Assembly: GCF_964213995.1 (NCBI RefSeq)
Contig: NW_027590802.1
Location: 1 to 64,000 of the forward strand
DNA from: Mustelus asterias
Lineage: Eukaryota
Reading direction: 5' to 3'
DNA length: 64,000 nt
The position numbers were made by a program, and so were the translations under genes. Below the pieces are notes generated by a model. That model searched no databases, was not told the DNA's origin, and saw only the letters and a list, made by a program, of their open reading frames with translations. Positions 1 to 13,590 of this stretch are shown one piece after another (position 1 is the first letter of the stretch; every line of letters begins with the position of its first letter).

Positions 1-3000
1 GGGTGGGGGGAGTGCGGGTGGGGGGTGTGCGGGGTGGGGGGGGGAGTGCGGGTGGGGCGGGAGTGCGGGTGCGGGGGAGTGCGGGTGGGGGGAGTGCGGG
101 TGGGGGGAGTGCGGGTGGGGGGGGAGTGCGGGTGGGGGGGAGTGCGGGTGGGGGGGAGTGCGGGTGGGGGGGAGTGCGGGTGGGAGGGTGGGGGGGGGAG
201 TGTGGGTGGGAGGGGAGTGCGGGTGGGGGGGAGTGCGGGTGGGGGGGAGTGCGGGTGGGAGGGTGGGGGGGGGAGTGTGGGTGGGAGGGGAGTGCGGGTG
301 CGATGGTGGGGGGAGTGCGGGTGGGGGGGAGTGCGGGTGAGATGGTGGGGGGGGAGTGCGGGTGGGGGGGGGAGTGTGGGTGGGGGGGAGTGCGGGTGGG
401 GGGGGAGTGCGGGTGGGATGGTGGGGGGGGGTGTGTGGGTGGGAGGGGAGTGCGGGTGCGATGGTGGGGGGGAGTTGCGGGTGGGGGGGAGTGCGGGTGA
501 GATGGTGGGGGGGGAGTGCGGGTGGGGGAGTGCGGGTGGGGGGGAGTGCGGGTGGGGGGGGGAGTGCGGGTGGGGGGGAGTGCGGGTGGGGGGGGAGTGC
601 GGGTGGGGGGAGTGCGGGTGGGGGGAGTGCGGGTGGGGGGGAGTGCGGGTGGGGGGGTGCGGGTGGGGGGGTGGGGGGGCAGTGCGGGTGGGGGTGTGCG
701 GGTGGGGGGGGAGTGCGGTATGAGAGGGGGGGAGTGCGGGTGGCGTGGGAGTGCGGGTATGAGAGGGGGGGAGTGCGGGTGCGAGGGTGCGGGGGGAGTG
801 CGGGTGGGGGGGGAGTGCGGGTGCGAGGGTGGGGGGGGAGAGCGGGTGGGGGGGAGTGCGGGTGCGAGGGTGGGGGGGGAGTGTGGGTGGGGGGGAGTGC
901 AGGTGCGAGGGTGGAGGGGGAGTGTGGGTGGGGGGGGAGTGCGGGTGGGATGGTGGAGGGGGAGTGCGGGTGGGGGGGAGTGTGGGTGGGGGGTTGGGGG
1001 GGGGGAGTGTGGGTGGGGGGGGCAATGCGGGTGAGATGGTGGAGGGGGAGTGCGGGTGGGGGGGAGTGTGGGTGGGATGGTGGAGGGGGAGTGCGGGTGG
1101 GGAGGAGTGCGGGTGGGGGAAGTGCGGGTGGGGGGAGTGTGGGTGGGGGGTTGGGGGGAGTGTGGGTGGGGATGGTGGGGGGGGAGCGTTGGTGGGGGGG
1201 AGTGCGGGTGGGGGGGAGTGCGGGTGGGGGGGAATGCGGATGGGGGGGGGAGTGCGGGTGGGATGGTGGGGGGGGGGAAGTGTTGGTGGGAGTGAGTGCG
1301 GGTGGGGGGGGAATGCGGGTGGGGGGAGTGCGGGTGGGGGGGAGTGCGGGTGGGGGGGAGTGCGGTTGGGGGGTTGGGGGGGAGTGCGGGTGGGGGGAGT
1401 GCGGGTGGGGGGGAGTGCGGTTGGGGGGTTGGGGGGAGTGCGGGTGGGGGGGTGGGGGGGGAGTGCGGGTGGGCGGGAGTGCGGGTGGGGGGGGAGTGCG
1501 GGTGGGGGTGGTGCGGGTGGGGGGGGAGTGCGGGTGGGGGTGGTGCGGGTGGGGGGGGAGTGCGGGTGGGGGTGGTGCGGGTGGGGGGGGCGTGCGGGTG
1601 CGAGGGTGGAGGGGGAGTGCGGGTGGGGGGGGAGTGCGGGTGCGAGGGTGGGGTGTGAGTGCGGGTGGGGGGGGAGTGCGGGTGGGGGTGGTGCGGGTGG
1701 GGGGGAGTGCGGGTGGGGGTGGTGCGGGAGGGGGGGGAGTGCGGGTGGGGGTGGTGCGGGTGGGGGGGGGAGTGCGGGTGGGGGTGGTGCGGGTGGGGGG
1801 GGCGTGCGGGTGCGAGGGTGGGGGGGGAGTGCGGGTGGGGGGGGAGTGCGGGTGCGAGGGTGGGGGGTGAGTGCGGGTGGGGGGGGAGTGCGGGTGCGAG
1901 GGCGGGGGGGGAGTGCGGGTGCGAGGGTGGGGGGGGAGTGCGGGTGGGGGGGAGTGCAGGTGCGAGGGTGGAGGGGGAGTGTGGGTGGGGGGGGAGTGCG
2001 GGTGGGATGGTGGAGGGGGAGTGCGGGTGGGGGGGAGTGTGGGTGGGGGGTTGGGGGGGGAGTGTGGGTGGGGGGGGAATGCGGGTGAGATGGTGGAGGG
2101 GGGAGTGCGGGTGGGGGGGGAGTGTGGGTGGGATGGTGGAGGGGGAGTGCGGGTGGGGGGAGTGCGGGTGGGGGGGAGTGCGGGTGGGGGGGAGTGTGGG
2201 TGGGGGGTTGGGGGGGAGTGTGGGTGGGATGGGTGGGGGGGGGAGTGTTGGTGGGGGGGAGTGCGGGTGGGGGGGAGTGCTGGTGGGGGGGAATGCGGAT
2301 GGGGGGGGAGTGCGGGTGGGATGGTGGGGGGGGAAGTGTTGGTGGGGGGGAGTGCGGGTGGGGGGGGAATGCGGGTGGGGGGGAGTGCGGGTGGGGGGGA
2401 GTGCGGGTGGGGGGGAGTGCGGTTGGGGGGTTGGGGGGAGAGCGGGTGGGGGGTGGGGGGGGAGTGCGGGTGGGGTGGTGCGGGTGGGGGGGGAGTGCGG
2501 GTGGGGGTGGTGCGGGTGGGGGGGGAGTGCGGGTGGGGGTGGTGCGGGTGGGGGGGAGTGCGGGTGGGGGTTGTGCGGGTGGGGGGGGAGTGCGGGTGGG
2601 GGTGGTGCGGGTGGGGGGGGGCGTGCGGGTGCGAGGGTGGGGGGGGAGTGCGGGTGGGGGGGGAGTGCGGGTGCGAGGGTGGGGGGTGAGTGCGGGTGGG
2701 GGGAGTGCGGGTGCGAGGGTGGGGGGGGAGTGCGGGTGCGAGGGGAGTGCGGGTGGGGGGGGAGTGCGGGTGCGAGGGTGGGGGGGGAGTGCGGGTGGGG
2801 GGGGAGGGCGGGTGGGGGGGAGTGCGGGTACGAGGGTGAGGGGAGTGCGGGTGCGAGGGTGGGGTGGGAGTGCGGGTGGGGGGGGAGGGCGGGTGGGGGG
2901 CCGTGCGGGTACGAGGGTGAGGGGGAGTGCGGGTGGGGGGGGAGGGCGGGTGGGGGGGGGAGGGCGGGTGGGGGGAAGTGCGGGTGCGAGGGTGGAGGGG

Positions 3001-6000
3001 GGAGTGCGGGTGGGGGGGGAATGCGGGTGGGGGTGGAGTGCGGGTGGGGGGGGGAGTGCGGGTGGGGGGGAGTGCGGGTGGGGGGGAGTGCGGGTGGGGG
3101 GGAGTGCGGGTGGGGGGGGGAGTGCAGGTGCGAGGGTGGGGGGGAGTGCGGGTGGGGGGGAGTGCGGGTGGGGGGGAGTGCGGTTGGGGGGGGAGTGCGG
3201 GTGGGGGGGGAGTGCGGGTGGGGGGGAGTGCGGGTGGGGGGGGAGTGCGAGTGGGGGGGGAGTGCGGGTGGGGGGGAGTGCGGGTGGGGGGGAGTGAAGG
3301 TGGGGGCAGTGCGGGTGGGGGGGAGTGCGGGTGGGGGGGAGTGCGGGTGGGGGTGATGCGGGTGGGGGGGAGTGCGGGTGGGGGTGGTGCGGGTGGGGGG
3401 GAGTGCGGGTGGGGGGGAGTGCGGGTTGGGGGGGGAGTGCGAATGGGGGGGGAGTGCGGGTGGGGGGGAGTGCGTTTGGGGGGGAGTGCGGGTGGGGGGG
3501 GTGCGGTTGGGGGGGTATGACGGGTGGGGGGAGTGCGGGTGCGAGGGTGGGGTGGGGACTGTGGGTGGGGGGGAGTGCGGGTGGGGGGGAGTGCGGGTGG
3601 GGGGGTGTGGGTGGGGGGGTGCGGGTGGGGGGGTAGTACGGGTGGGGGGGAGTGCGGGTGCGAGGGTGGGGGGGAGTGTGGGTGGGGTGGGAGTGAGGGT
3701 GGGGGGGAGTGCGGGCGGGGGGAGTGGGGGTGGGGGGGAGTGCGGGTGGGGGGAGTGCGGGTGGGGGAGGGAGTGCGGGTGGGGGGGGAGTGCGAGTGGG
3801 GGGAGTGCGGGTGGGGGGGAGTGCGGGTGGGGGGAGTGCGGGTGGGGGGTAGTGCGGGTGGAGGGGAGTGTGGGTGGGGGGGGAGTGCGGGTGGGGGGGG
3901 AGTGTGGGTGGGGGGGAGTGCGGGTGGGAGGGGAGTGCGGGTGGGGGGGAGTGCGGGTGGGGGGGGAGTGTGGGTGGAGGGGAGTGCAGGTGGGGGGGGA
4001 GTGCGGGTGGGGGGGGGGTGGGGGGGAGTGCGGGTGGGGGGGAGTGCGGGTGGGGGGGAGTGCGGGTGGAGGGGAGCGCGGGTGGGGGGGAGTGCGGGTG
4101 GGGTGGTGCGGGTGGGGGGGTGGGGCTGTGGGGGTGCAGTGCGGGTGGGGGTGTGCGGGTGGGGGGAGTGCGGTATGAGAGGGGAGAGCGCGGGTGGGGT
4201 GGGAGTGCGGGTATGAGAGGGGGGATTGCGGGTGCGAGGGTGGGGGGGGAGAGCGGGTGGGGGGGAGAGCGGGTGCGAGGGTGGGGGGGATTGCGGGTGG
4301 GGGAAGTGCGGGTGCGAGGGTGGGGGGGGAGTGTGGGTGGGAGGGGAGTGCGGGTGGGATGGTGGAGGGGGGAGTGCGGGTGGGGGGGAGTGCGGGTGAG
4401 ATGGTGGGGGGGGGATTGCGGGTGGGGGGGAGTGCGGGTGGGGGGGGAGTGCGGGTGGGGGGGAGTGCGGGTCGGGGGGAGTACGGGTGGGGGGGAGTGC
4501 GGGTGGGAGGGAGTGCGGGTGGGGGGAGTGCGTGTCGTGGGGAGTGCGGGTGGGGGGGAAGTGCGGGTGGGGGGGTGCGGGTGGGGGGTGGGGGGTGGGG
4601 GGACAGTGCGGGTGGGGGGATGCGGGTGGGGGGGAGTGCGGTATGAGAGGGTGGGAGTGCGGGTGGGGTGGGAGTGCGGGTGCGAGGGTGGGGGGGAGAG
4701 CGGGTGGGGGGGAGTGCGGGTGCGAGGGTGGGGGGGAGAGCGGGTGGGGGGGAGTGCGGGTACGAGGGTGGGGGGGAGTGCGGGTGGGGGGGAGTGCGAG
4801 GGTGGGGTGGTAGTGCGGGTGGGGGGGAGTGCGGGTGCGAGGGCTGGGGGGGAGTGTGGGTGGGAGGGGAGTGCGGGTGGGATGGTGGGGGGGAGTGTGG
4901 GTGGGGGGAGTGCGGGCGGGGGGAGTGCGGGTGGGGTGTTGGGGGGGGAGTGTGGGTGGGATGGTGGGGGGGGAGTGTGGGTGGGGGGGAATGCGGGTGG
5001 GATGGTGGGGGGGGGAGTGTTGGTGGGGGGAGTGCGGGTGGGGGGGGGAGTGCGGGTGGGGGGGAATGCGGGTGGGGGGGAGTGCGGGTGGGGGGGAATG
5101 CGGGTGGGGGCGAGTGCGGGTGGGATGGTGGGGGGGGAAGTGTTGGTGGGGGTGAGTGCGGGTGGGGGGGGAATGCGGGTGGGGGGGAGTGCGGGTGGGG
5201 GGGAGTGCGGGTGGGGGGGAGAGCGGGTGGGGGGTTGGGGGGGGAGTGAGTGTGGGGGGGGTGGGGGGGGGAGTGCGGGTGGGGGGGAGTGCGAGTGGGG
5301 GGGAGTGCGGGTGGGGGGGAGTGCGGGTGGGGGGGAGTGAAGGTGGGGGCAGTGCGGGTGGGGGGGAGTGCGGGTGGGGGGAGTGCGGGTGGGGGTGATG
5401 CGGGTGGGGGGGGAGTGCGGGTGGGGGTGGTGCGGGTGGGGGGGGAGTGCGGGTGGGGGGGAGTGCGGGTGGGGGGGGGAGTGCGAATGGGGGGGGAGTG
5501 CGGGTGGGGGGGGAGTGCGTTTGGGGGGGAGTGCGGGTGGGGGGGGTTGCGGTTGGGGGGGTATGACGGGTGGGGGGGAGTGCGGGTGCGAGGGTGGGGT
5601 GGGGACTGTGGGTGGGGGGGGAGTGCGGGTGGGGGGGGAGTGCGGGTGGGGGGGGTGTGGGTGGGGGGGTGCGGGTGGGGGGGTAGTACGGGTGGGGGGG
5701 AGTGCGGGTGCGAGGGTGGGGGGGGAGTGTGGGTGGGTTGGGAGTGAGGGTGGGGGGGGAGTGCGGGCGGGGGGGAGTGGGGGTGGGGGGGAGTGCGGGT
5801 GGGGGGGAGTGCGGGTGGGGGAGGGAGTGCGGGTGGGGGGGGAGTGCGAGTGGGGGGAGTGCGGGTGGGGGGGAGTGCGGGTGGGGGGGAGTGCGGGTGG
5901 GGGGTAGTGCGGGTGGAGGGGAGTGTGGGTGGGGGGGGAGTGCGGGTGGGGGGGGAGTGTGGGTGGGGGGGAGTGCGGGTGGGGGGGGAGTGCGGGTGGG

Positions 6001-9000
6001 GGGGAGTGCGGGTGGGGGGGGAGTGTGGGTGGGGGGGAGTGCGGGTGGGGGGGGAGTGCGGTTGGGGGGGGTGGGGGGGAGTGCGGGTGGGGGGGAGTGC
6101 GGGTGGGGGGGGAGTGCGGGTGGAGGGGAGTGCGGGTGGGGGGGGAGTGCGGGTGGGGTGGTGCGGGTGGGGGGTGGGGCGGTGGGGGTGCAGTGCGGGT
6201 GGGGGTGTGCGGGTGGGGGGGAGTGCGGTATGAGAGGGGAGAGCGCGGGTGGGGTGGGAGTGCGGGTATGAGAGGGGGGATTGCGGGTGCGAGGGTGGGG
6301 GGGGGAGAGCGGGTGGGGGGGAGAGCGGGTGCGAGGGTGGGGGGGGATTGCGGGTGGGGGGGAGTGCGGTTGCGAGGGTGGGGGGGGAGTGTGGGTGGGA
6401 GGGGAGTGCGGGTGGGATGGTGGGGGGGGAGTGCGGGTGGGGGGGAGTGCGGGTGAGATGGTGGGGGGGGGATTGCGGGTGGGGGGGAGTGCGGGTGGGG
6501 GGGAGTGCGGGTGGGGGAGAGTGCGGGTCGGGGGGAGTACGGGTGGGGGGGGAGTGCGGGTGGGGGGGAGTGCGGGTGGGGGGGAGTGCGTGTCGTGGGG
6601 AGTGCGGGTGGGGGGGAAGTGCGGGTGGGGGGTGCGGGTGGGGGGGTGGGGGGTGGGGGGACAGTGCGGGTGGGGGGATGCGGGTGGGGGGGAGTGCGGT
6701 ATGAGAGGGTGGGAGTGCGGGTGGGGTGGGAGTGCGGGTGCGAGGGTGGGGGGGAGAGCGGGTGGGGGGGAGTGCGGGTGCGAGGGTGGGGGGGAGAGCG
6801 GGTGGGGGGGAGTGCGGGTGCGAGGGTGGGGGGGGAGTGCGGGTGGGGGGGAGTGCGAGGGTGGGGTGGTAGTGCGGGTGGGGGGGAGTGCGGGTGCGAG
6901 GGCTGGGGGGGAGTGTGGGTGGGAGGGGAGTGCGGGTGGGATGGTGGGGGGGGAGTGTGGGTGGGGGGAGTGCGGGCGGGGGGGAGTGCGGGTGGGGTGT
7001 TGGGGGGGGAGTGTGGGTGGGATGGTGGGGGGGGAGTGTGGGTGGGGGGGGAATGCGGGTGGGATGGTGGGGGGGGGAGTGTTGGTGGGGGGGAGTGCGG
7101 GTGGGGGGGGGAGTGCGGGTGGGGGGGAATGCGGGTGGGGGGGAGTGCGGGTGGGGGGGAATGCGGGTGGGGGCGAGTGCGGGTGGGATGGTGGGGGGGG
7201 AAGTGTTGGTGGGGGTGAGTGCGGGTGGGGGGGGAATGCGGGTGGGGGGGGAGTGCGGGTGGGGGGGAGTGCGGGTGGGGGGAGAGCGGGTGGGGAGTTG
7301 GGGGGGGAGTGAGTGTGGGGGGGTGGGGGGGGAGTGCGGGTGGGGGGGAGTGCAGGTGGGGGGGGAGTGCGGGTGGGGGGGGAGAGTGCGGGTGGGGGGG
7401 AGTGCGGGTGGGGGGAGTGCGGGTGCGAGGGTGGGGGGGTGTGGGTGGGGGGGGAGTGCGGGTGGGGGGTGCGGGTGGGGGGGGAGTGCGGGTGGGGGTG
7501 GTGCGGGTGGGGGGGAGTGCGGGTGCGAGGGTGGGGGGGGACTGCGTGTGGGGGGGTGGGGGGGGGAGTGCGGGTGGGGGGGAGTGCGGGTGGGGGGGGA
7601 GTGCGTGTGGGGGGGGAGAGTGCGGGTGGGGGGGAGTGCGGGTGGGGGGGAGTGCGGGTGCGAGGGTGGGGGGGTGTGGGTGGGGGGGAGTGCGGGTGGG
7701 GGGGTGCGGGTGGGGGGGGAGTGCGGGTGGGGGTGGTGCGGGTGGGGGGGAGTGCGGGTGCGAGGGTGGGGGGCGTGTGGGTGGGGGGGGAGTGCGGGTG
7801 GGGGGAGTGCGGGTGCGAGGGTGGGGGGGCGGGTGGGGGGGAGTGCGGGTGGGGGGGAGTGAAGGTGGGGGCAGTGCGGGTGGGGGGGAGTGCGGGTGGG
7901 GGGGAGTGCGGGTGGGGGTGATGCGGGTGGGGGGGGAGTGCGGGTGGGGGTGGTGCGGGTGGGGGGGAGTGCGGGTGGGGGGGAGTGCGGGTGGGGGGGG
8001 GAGTGCGAATGGGGGGGGAGTGCGGGTGGGGGGGAGTGCGTTTGGGGGGGAGTGCGGGTGGGGGGGGTGCGGTTGGGGGGGTATGACGGGTGGGGGGGAG
8101 TGCGGGTGCGAGGGTGGGGTGGGGACTGTGGGTGGGGGGGGAGTGCGGGTGGGGGGGGAGTGCGGGTGGGGGGGTGTGGGTGGGGGGGGTGCGGGTGGGG
8201 GGGTAGTACGGGGTGGGGGGGAGTGCGGGTGCGAGGGTGGGGGGGGGAGTGTGGGTGGGTTGGGAGTGAGGGTGGGGGGGGAGTGCGGGCGGGGGGGAGT
8301 GGGGGTGGGGGGGAGTGCGGGTGGGGGGGAGTGCGGTGGGGGAGGGAGTGCGGGTGGGGGGGAGTGCGAGTGGGGGGAGTGCGGGTGGGGGGGAGTGCGG
8401 GTGGGGGGGGAGTGCGGGTGGGGGGTAGTGCGGGTGGAGGGGAGTGTGGGTGGGGGGGGAGTGCGGGTGGGGGGGGGAGTGTGGGTGGGGGGGAGTGCGG
8501 GTGGGGGGGAGTGCGGGTGGGGGGGAGTGCGGGTGGGGGGGGAGTGTGGGTGGGGGGAGTGCGGGTGGGGGGGGAGTGCGGTTGGGGGGGTGGGGGGGAG
8601 TGCGGGTGGGGGGGAGTGCGGGTGGGGGGGGAGTGCGGGTGGAGGGGAGTGCGGGTGGGGGGGGAGTGCGGGTGGGGTGGTGCGGGTGGGGGGTGGGGCG
8701 GTGGGGGTGCAGTGCGGGTGGGGGTGTGCGGGTGGGGGGGAGTGCGGTATGAGAGGGGAGAGCGCGGGTGGGGTGGGAGTGCGGGTATGAGAGGGGGGAT
8801 TGCGGGTGCGAGGGTGGGGGGGGGAGAGCGGGTGGGGGGGAGAGCGGGTGCGAGGGTGGGGGGGATTGCGGGTGGGGGGGAGTGCGGTTGCGAGGGTGGG
8901 GGGGGAGTGTGGGTGGGAGGGGAGTGCGGGTGGGATGGTGGGGGGGGAGTGCGGGTGGGGGGGAGTGCGGGTGAGATGGTGGGGGGGGGGATTGCGGGTG

Positions 9001-11095
9001 GGGGGGAGTGCGGGTGGGGGGGAGTGCGGGTGGGGGAGAGTGCGGGTCGGGGGAGTACGGGTGGGGGGGGAGTGCGGGTGGGGGGGAGTGCGGGTGGGGG
9101 GGGAGTGCGTGTCGTGGGGAGTGCGGGTGGGGGGGAAGTGCGGGTGGGGGGGTGCGGGTGGGGGGGTGGGGGGTGGGGGGACAGTGCGGGTGGGGGGATG
9201 CGGGTGGGGGGGGAGTGCGGTATGAGAGGGTGGGAGTGCGGGTGGGGTGGGAGTGCGGGTGCGAGGGTGGGGGGGGAGAGCGGGTGGGGGGGAGTGCGGG
9301 TGCGAGGGTGGGGGGGGGAGAGCGGGTGGGGGGGAGTGCGGGTGCGAGGGTGGGGGGGGAGTGCGGGTGGGGGGAGTGCGAGGGTGGGGTGGTAGTGCGG
9401 GTGGGGGGAGTGCGGGTGCGAGGGCTGGGGGGGAGTGTGGGTGGGAGGGGAGTGCGGGTGGGATGGTGGGGGGGGAGTGTGGGTGGGGGGAGTGCGGGCG
9501 GGGGGAGTGCGGGTGGGGTGTTGGGGGGGGAGTGTGGGTGGGATGGTGGGGGGGGAGTGTGGGTGGGGGGGGAATGCGGGTGGGATGGTGGGGGGGGGAG
9601 TGTTGGTGGGGGGGAGTGCGGGTGGGGGGGAGTGCGGGTGGGGGGGAATGCGGGTGGGGGGGAGTGCGGGTGGGGGGAATGCGGGTGGGGGCGAGTGCGG
9701 GTGGGATGGTGGGGGGGGAAGTGTTGGTGGGGGTGAGTGCGGGTGGGGGGGGAATGCGGGTGGGGGGGGAGGGGGGGAGTGCGGGTGGGGGGGAGTGCGG
9801 GTGGGGGGGAGAGCGGGTGGGGAGTTGGGGGGGGAGTGAGTGTGGGGGGGTGGGGGGGGAGTGCGGGTGGGGGGAGTGCAGGTGGGGGGGGAGTGCGGGT
9901 GGGGGGGAGAGTGCGGGTGGGGGGGAGTGCGGGTGGGGGAGTGCGGGTGCGAGGGTGGGGGGGTGTGGGTGGGGGGGGAGTGCGGGTGGGGGGGTGCCGG
10001 TGGGGGGGGAGTGCGGGTGGGGGTGGTGCGGGTGGGGGGGAGTGCGGGTGCGAGGGTGGGGGGGGACTGCGTGTGGGGGGGTGGGGGGGGAGTGCGGGTG
10101 GGGGGAGTGCGGGTGGGGGGGGAGTGCGTGTGGGGGGGAGAGTGCGGGTGGGGGGAGTGCGGGTGGGGGGAGTGCGGGTGCGAGGGTGGGGGGGTGTGGG
10201 TGGGGGGGAGTGCGGGTGGGGGGGTGCGGGTGGGGGGGGAGTGCGGGTGGGGGTGGTGCGGGTGGGGGGGAGTGCGGGTGCGAGGGTGGGGGGCGTGTGG
10301 GTGGGGGGGGAGTGCGGGTGGGGGGGTGCGGGTGCGAGGGTGGGGGGGCGGGTGGGGGGGAGTGCGGGTGGGGGTGGGCGGGTGGGGGGGGACTGCGGGT
10401 GGGGGGGAGTGCGGGTGGGGGGTAGAGCCGGTGGGGGGGGAGTGCGGGTGGGGGGGGAGTGCGGGTGCGAGGGTGGGGGGGAGTGCGTGTGGGGGGGAGT
10501 GCGGGTGCGAGGGTGGGGGGTAGTGCGGGTGCGAGGGTGGGGGGGGAGTGCGGGTGGGGGGGGAGGGCAGGTGGGGGGGAGTGCGGGTGCGAGGGTGGGG
10601 GGGGAGTGCGGGTGGGGGGGAATGCGGGTGGGGGGGGAGTGCGGGTGGGGGGAGTGCGGGTGGGGGGTGGGGGGGTGGGGGGGCAGTGCGGGTGGGGGAT
10701 GCGGGTGGGGGGGGAGTGCGGTATGAGAGGGGGGAGTGCGGGTGGGGTGGGAGTGCGGGTATGAGAGGGGGGAGTGCGGGTGCGAGGGTGGGGGGGGAGT
10801 GCGGGTGGGGGGGAGTGCGGGTGCGAGGGTGGGGGGGGAGAGCGGGTGGGGGGGAGTGCGGGTACGAGGGTGGGGGGGGGAATGCGGGTGGGGGGGGAGG
10901 TGCGGGTAGGGGCGGAGTGCGGGTGGGGGGGAGTGCGGGTGGGGGGGGAGTGCGGGCGGGGGGGAGTGCGGGTGGGTGGGGAGTGCGGGTGGGGGGGGTT
11001 GCGGGTGGGGGGGTGTGCGGGTGGGGGGGATTGCGGGTGGGGGGGGAGTGCGGGTGGGGGGGAGTGCGGGTGGGAGAGGGGGGCAGCGTGCGCGC
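1..11095. repeat. G-rich satellite array, ~16-17 bp monomer GAGTGCGGGTGGGGGG(G), with higher-order structure
   Basis: The monomer is visibly repeated hundreds of times. Variant markers recur: gagtgaagg at ~3292, 5335, 7857 and cgtgtcgtgg at ~4531, 6589, 9108. Confidence 0.97.
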
Positions 11096-11369
11096 GAGGG
11101 GAGCGAGTGTGGGAGCCGCAGCAGAGTTTAGATGTCAGATGGGTAGTGATGAGGTGAGATGGAAATTTTATGATGAGAGGATAATTTTGTGGAGAAAAAG
11201 AAAGATTGTCGGGGTGAGAGAGGCAGTGTTGAGTTGTGTGGGGCTGTCGAGGCGAGAGGGGGCGTGCTGAGATCAGAGAAAGTTGAGGGGAGAGGGTATT
11301 GCTGAGATGAGATGGTGGTGTTTTGTGATGAGAGGGATTCTTTGGTCCTGAGAGGGGGAATGCCGAGGG

Positions 11370-11640
11370 GGGAGAGGGGGAAAGGCTGACGGGTGAGGGA
11401 GGGGGGAAAGGCTGACGGGTGAGGGAGGGGGGGATCGCTGAAGGGAGAGGGAGGGTGGGAAAGGCCGACGGGTGAGGGAGGGGGGATCGCTGACGGGAGA
11501 GGAAGGGGGAAAGACCGACGGAGAGGGAGTGGGGGGAAGACCGACGGGAGAGGGAAAGGCTGACGGGAGAGGGAGGGGAGGAATTGCCGACGGGGAAAGG
11601 GAAGGGGAAACGCCGACGGGAGAGGGAGGGGAACTTGGAG
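11370..11640. repeat. Degenerate purine-rich minisatellite (gctgacgggagagggagggg-like unit)
   Basis: Repeated (g/a)c(t/c)gacggg(t/a)gaggga units about 25-30 bp apart. Confidence 0.75.
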
Positions 11641-12359
11641 GGCGAGGGGTGGGTGGACATGGGTGGCAGTTTTGCGTTGAGATGGAGAGTGTGGAAGTGA
11701 AAAGGAACTTTTGAGGTGAGAGGAAGTGAGTTGAGGTGAGGAGGGGGGTGTGTAGGGGTGAGGAGGGGGGTGTGTTGGGGTGAGTGGAGGGGGAGTTTTG
11801 GGATGAGAGGGGAATGTCCCGGTGAGTGGGGGGTGAGCTCAGGTTAGCGGCGAGGGTGTTGAGATGAGTGTGGGATGGTTGAGGTGACAGTGCGAGAGTT
11901 TAGAGTGGGGCTGTTGAGGTGAACAGTGAGTTCTGAGTTGGGGGCAGTGTTTAGGCGAGAGGGGAAGCTTCGACATTGGGGTGGGCCAGTGCAGGTGAGA
12001 GTGGGTGAGGTTTATGGTGTGAGGGGTTCTTGTTGAGGACAGAGTGGGTGAATGTTGAGGTAACACGTGGTGAGTGTTGATGTGAGGGGTGAGTATTGAG
12101 GGCAGACGAAGTGGTTTAAGGTGAGAGGGAAATATTCAGGTGAGGGGGAAGTGTTTAGGTCAGTGGGGAGTATTGCGGTGAGGGGCGGAGTGTTGAGGAG
12201 AAAGGGGCTGGCGGATATGAGACTAAGTGTTTAAGGTGAGTGGGGGAGGGCTCTGTTGAGATTGTTTGTGTTGAGATGACAGGGCGAACTTTGAGTTCAG
12301 GCGGGATTGTTAATGTGACTGTCAGAGCATGGTGAGGTGAGACTGGGAGTGTGGAGAAG

Positions 12360-13590
12360 GGGAGGAGCGTGGAGGAGGGAGGGAGGGGGGAGCGTGGAGG
12401 AGAGAGGGAGGGGGGAGCGTGGAGGAGAGAGGGAGGGGGAGTGTGGAGGAGAGAGGGAGGGGGGAGCGTGGAGGAGAGAGGGAGGGGGAGTGTGGAGGAG
12501 AGAGGGAGGGGGAGTGTGGAGGAGAGAGGGAGTGGGGAGCGTGGAGGAGGGAGGGAGGGGCGAGCGTGGAGGAGGGAGGGAGGGGAGAGTGTGGAGGAGA
12601 GAGGGAGGGGGGAGCGTGGAGGGGGGAGGGAGGGGGGAGCGTGGAGGAGGGAGGGAGGGGGGAGCGTGGAGGAGGGAGGGAGGGGAGCGTGGAGGAGGGA
12701 GGGGGGAGCGTGGAGGAGGGAGGGAGGGGGGAGCGTGGAGGGGGGGGAGGGAGAGGTGAGCGTGGAGGAGGGAGGGAGGGGGAGCGTGGAGGAGGGAGGG
12801 GGGAGCGTGGAGGAGGGAGGGAGGGGGGAGCGTGGAGGAGGGAGGGAGGGGGGAGCGTGGAGGAGGGAGGGAGGGGGGAGCGTGGAGGAGGGAGGGAGGG
12901 GGGAGCGTGGAGGGGGTGGGAGGGGGGAGCGTGGAGGAGGGAGGGAAGTGGGAGTGTGGAGGAGGGAGGGAGGGGGAGCGTGCATGAGGGAGGGAGGGGG
13001 GAGTTTGGAGGAGGGAGGGAGCGGGGACCGTAGAGGAGGGAGGGAGGGGGGAGCGTGGAGGAGGGAGGGATGAGGGAGGGAGCGGGAGCGTGGGAGGAGG
13101 GAGGGAGGGGGGAGCGTGGAGGAGGGAGGGAAGTGGGAGTGTGGAGGAGGGAGGGAGGGGGGAGCGTGCATGAGGGAGGGAGGGGGGAGTTTGGAGGAGG
13201 GAGGGAGCGGGGACCGTAGAGGAGGGAGGGAGGGGGGAGCGTGGAGGAGGGAGGGAGGAGGGAGGGAGCGGGAGCGTGGAGGAGGGAGGGAGGGGGGAGC
13301 GTGGAGGAGGGAGGGAGGAGGGAGGGAGCGGGGACCGTAGAGGAGGGAGGGAGGGGGGAGCGTGGAGGAGGGAGGGAGGAGGGAGGGAGCGGGAGCGTGG
13401 AGGAGTGAGGGAGGGGGAAGCGTGGAGGAGGGAGGGAGGGGAGAGCCTGGAGGAGGGAGGGGAGAGCCTGGAGGAGAGACGGAGGGGAGAGTTTGGAGGA
13501 GGGAGGGAGGGGGTAGCATAGAGGAGGGAGGGGTGAGCCAGCGGAGAGAGCGAGGGGAGAGCCTGGAGGAGGGAGGGAGGGAGGTGGAGC
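12360..13590. repeat. Polypurine minisatellite, ~22-26 bp unit GGAGCGTGGAGGAGGGAGGGAGGGG
   Basis: Direct tandem repetition. It produces the spurious Pro/Ser/Leu-rich 588-aa minus-strand ORF. Confidence 0.93.

Noticed and set aside
1-11095. Telomere or Ig switch region
   Set aside because: No TTAGGG repeats and no AGCT-rich units.
3-11270. Dozens of long Gly/Val/Trp-rich ORFs
   Set aside because: They are translations of a stop-poor G-rich satellite, open in all frames, with no domain or splice structure.
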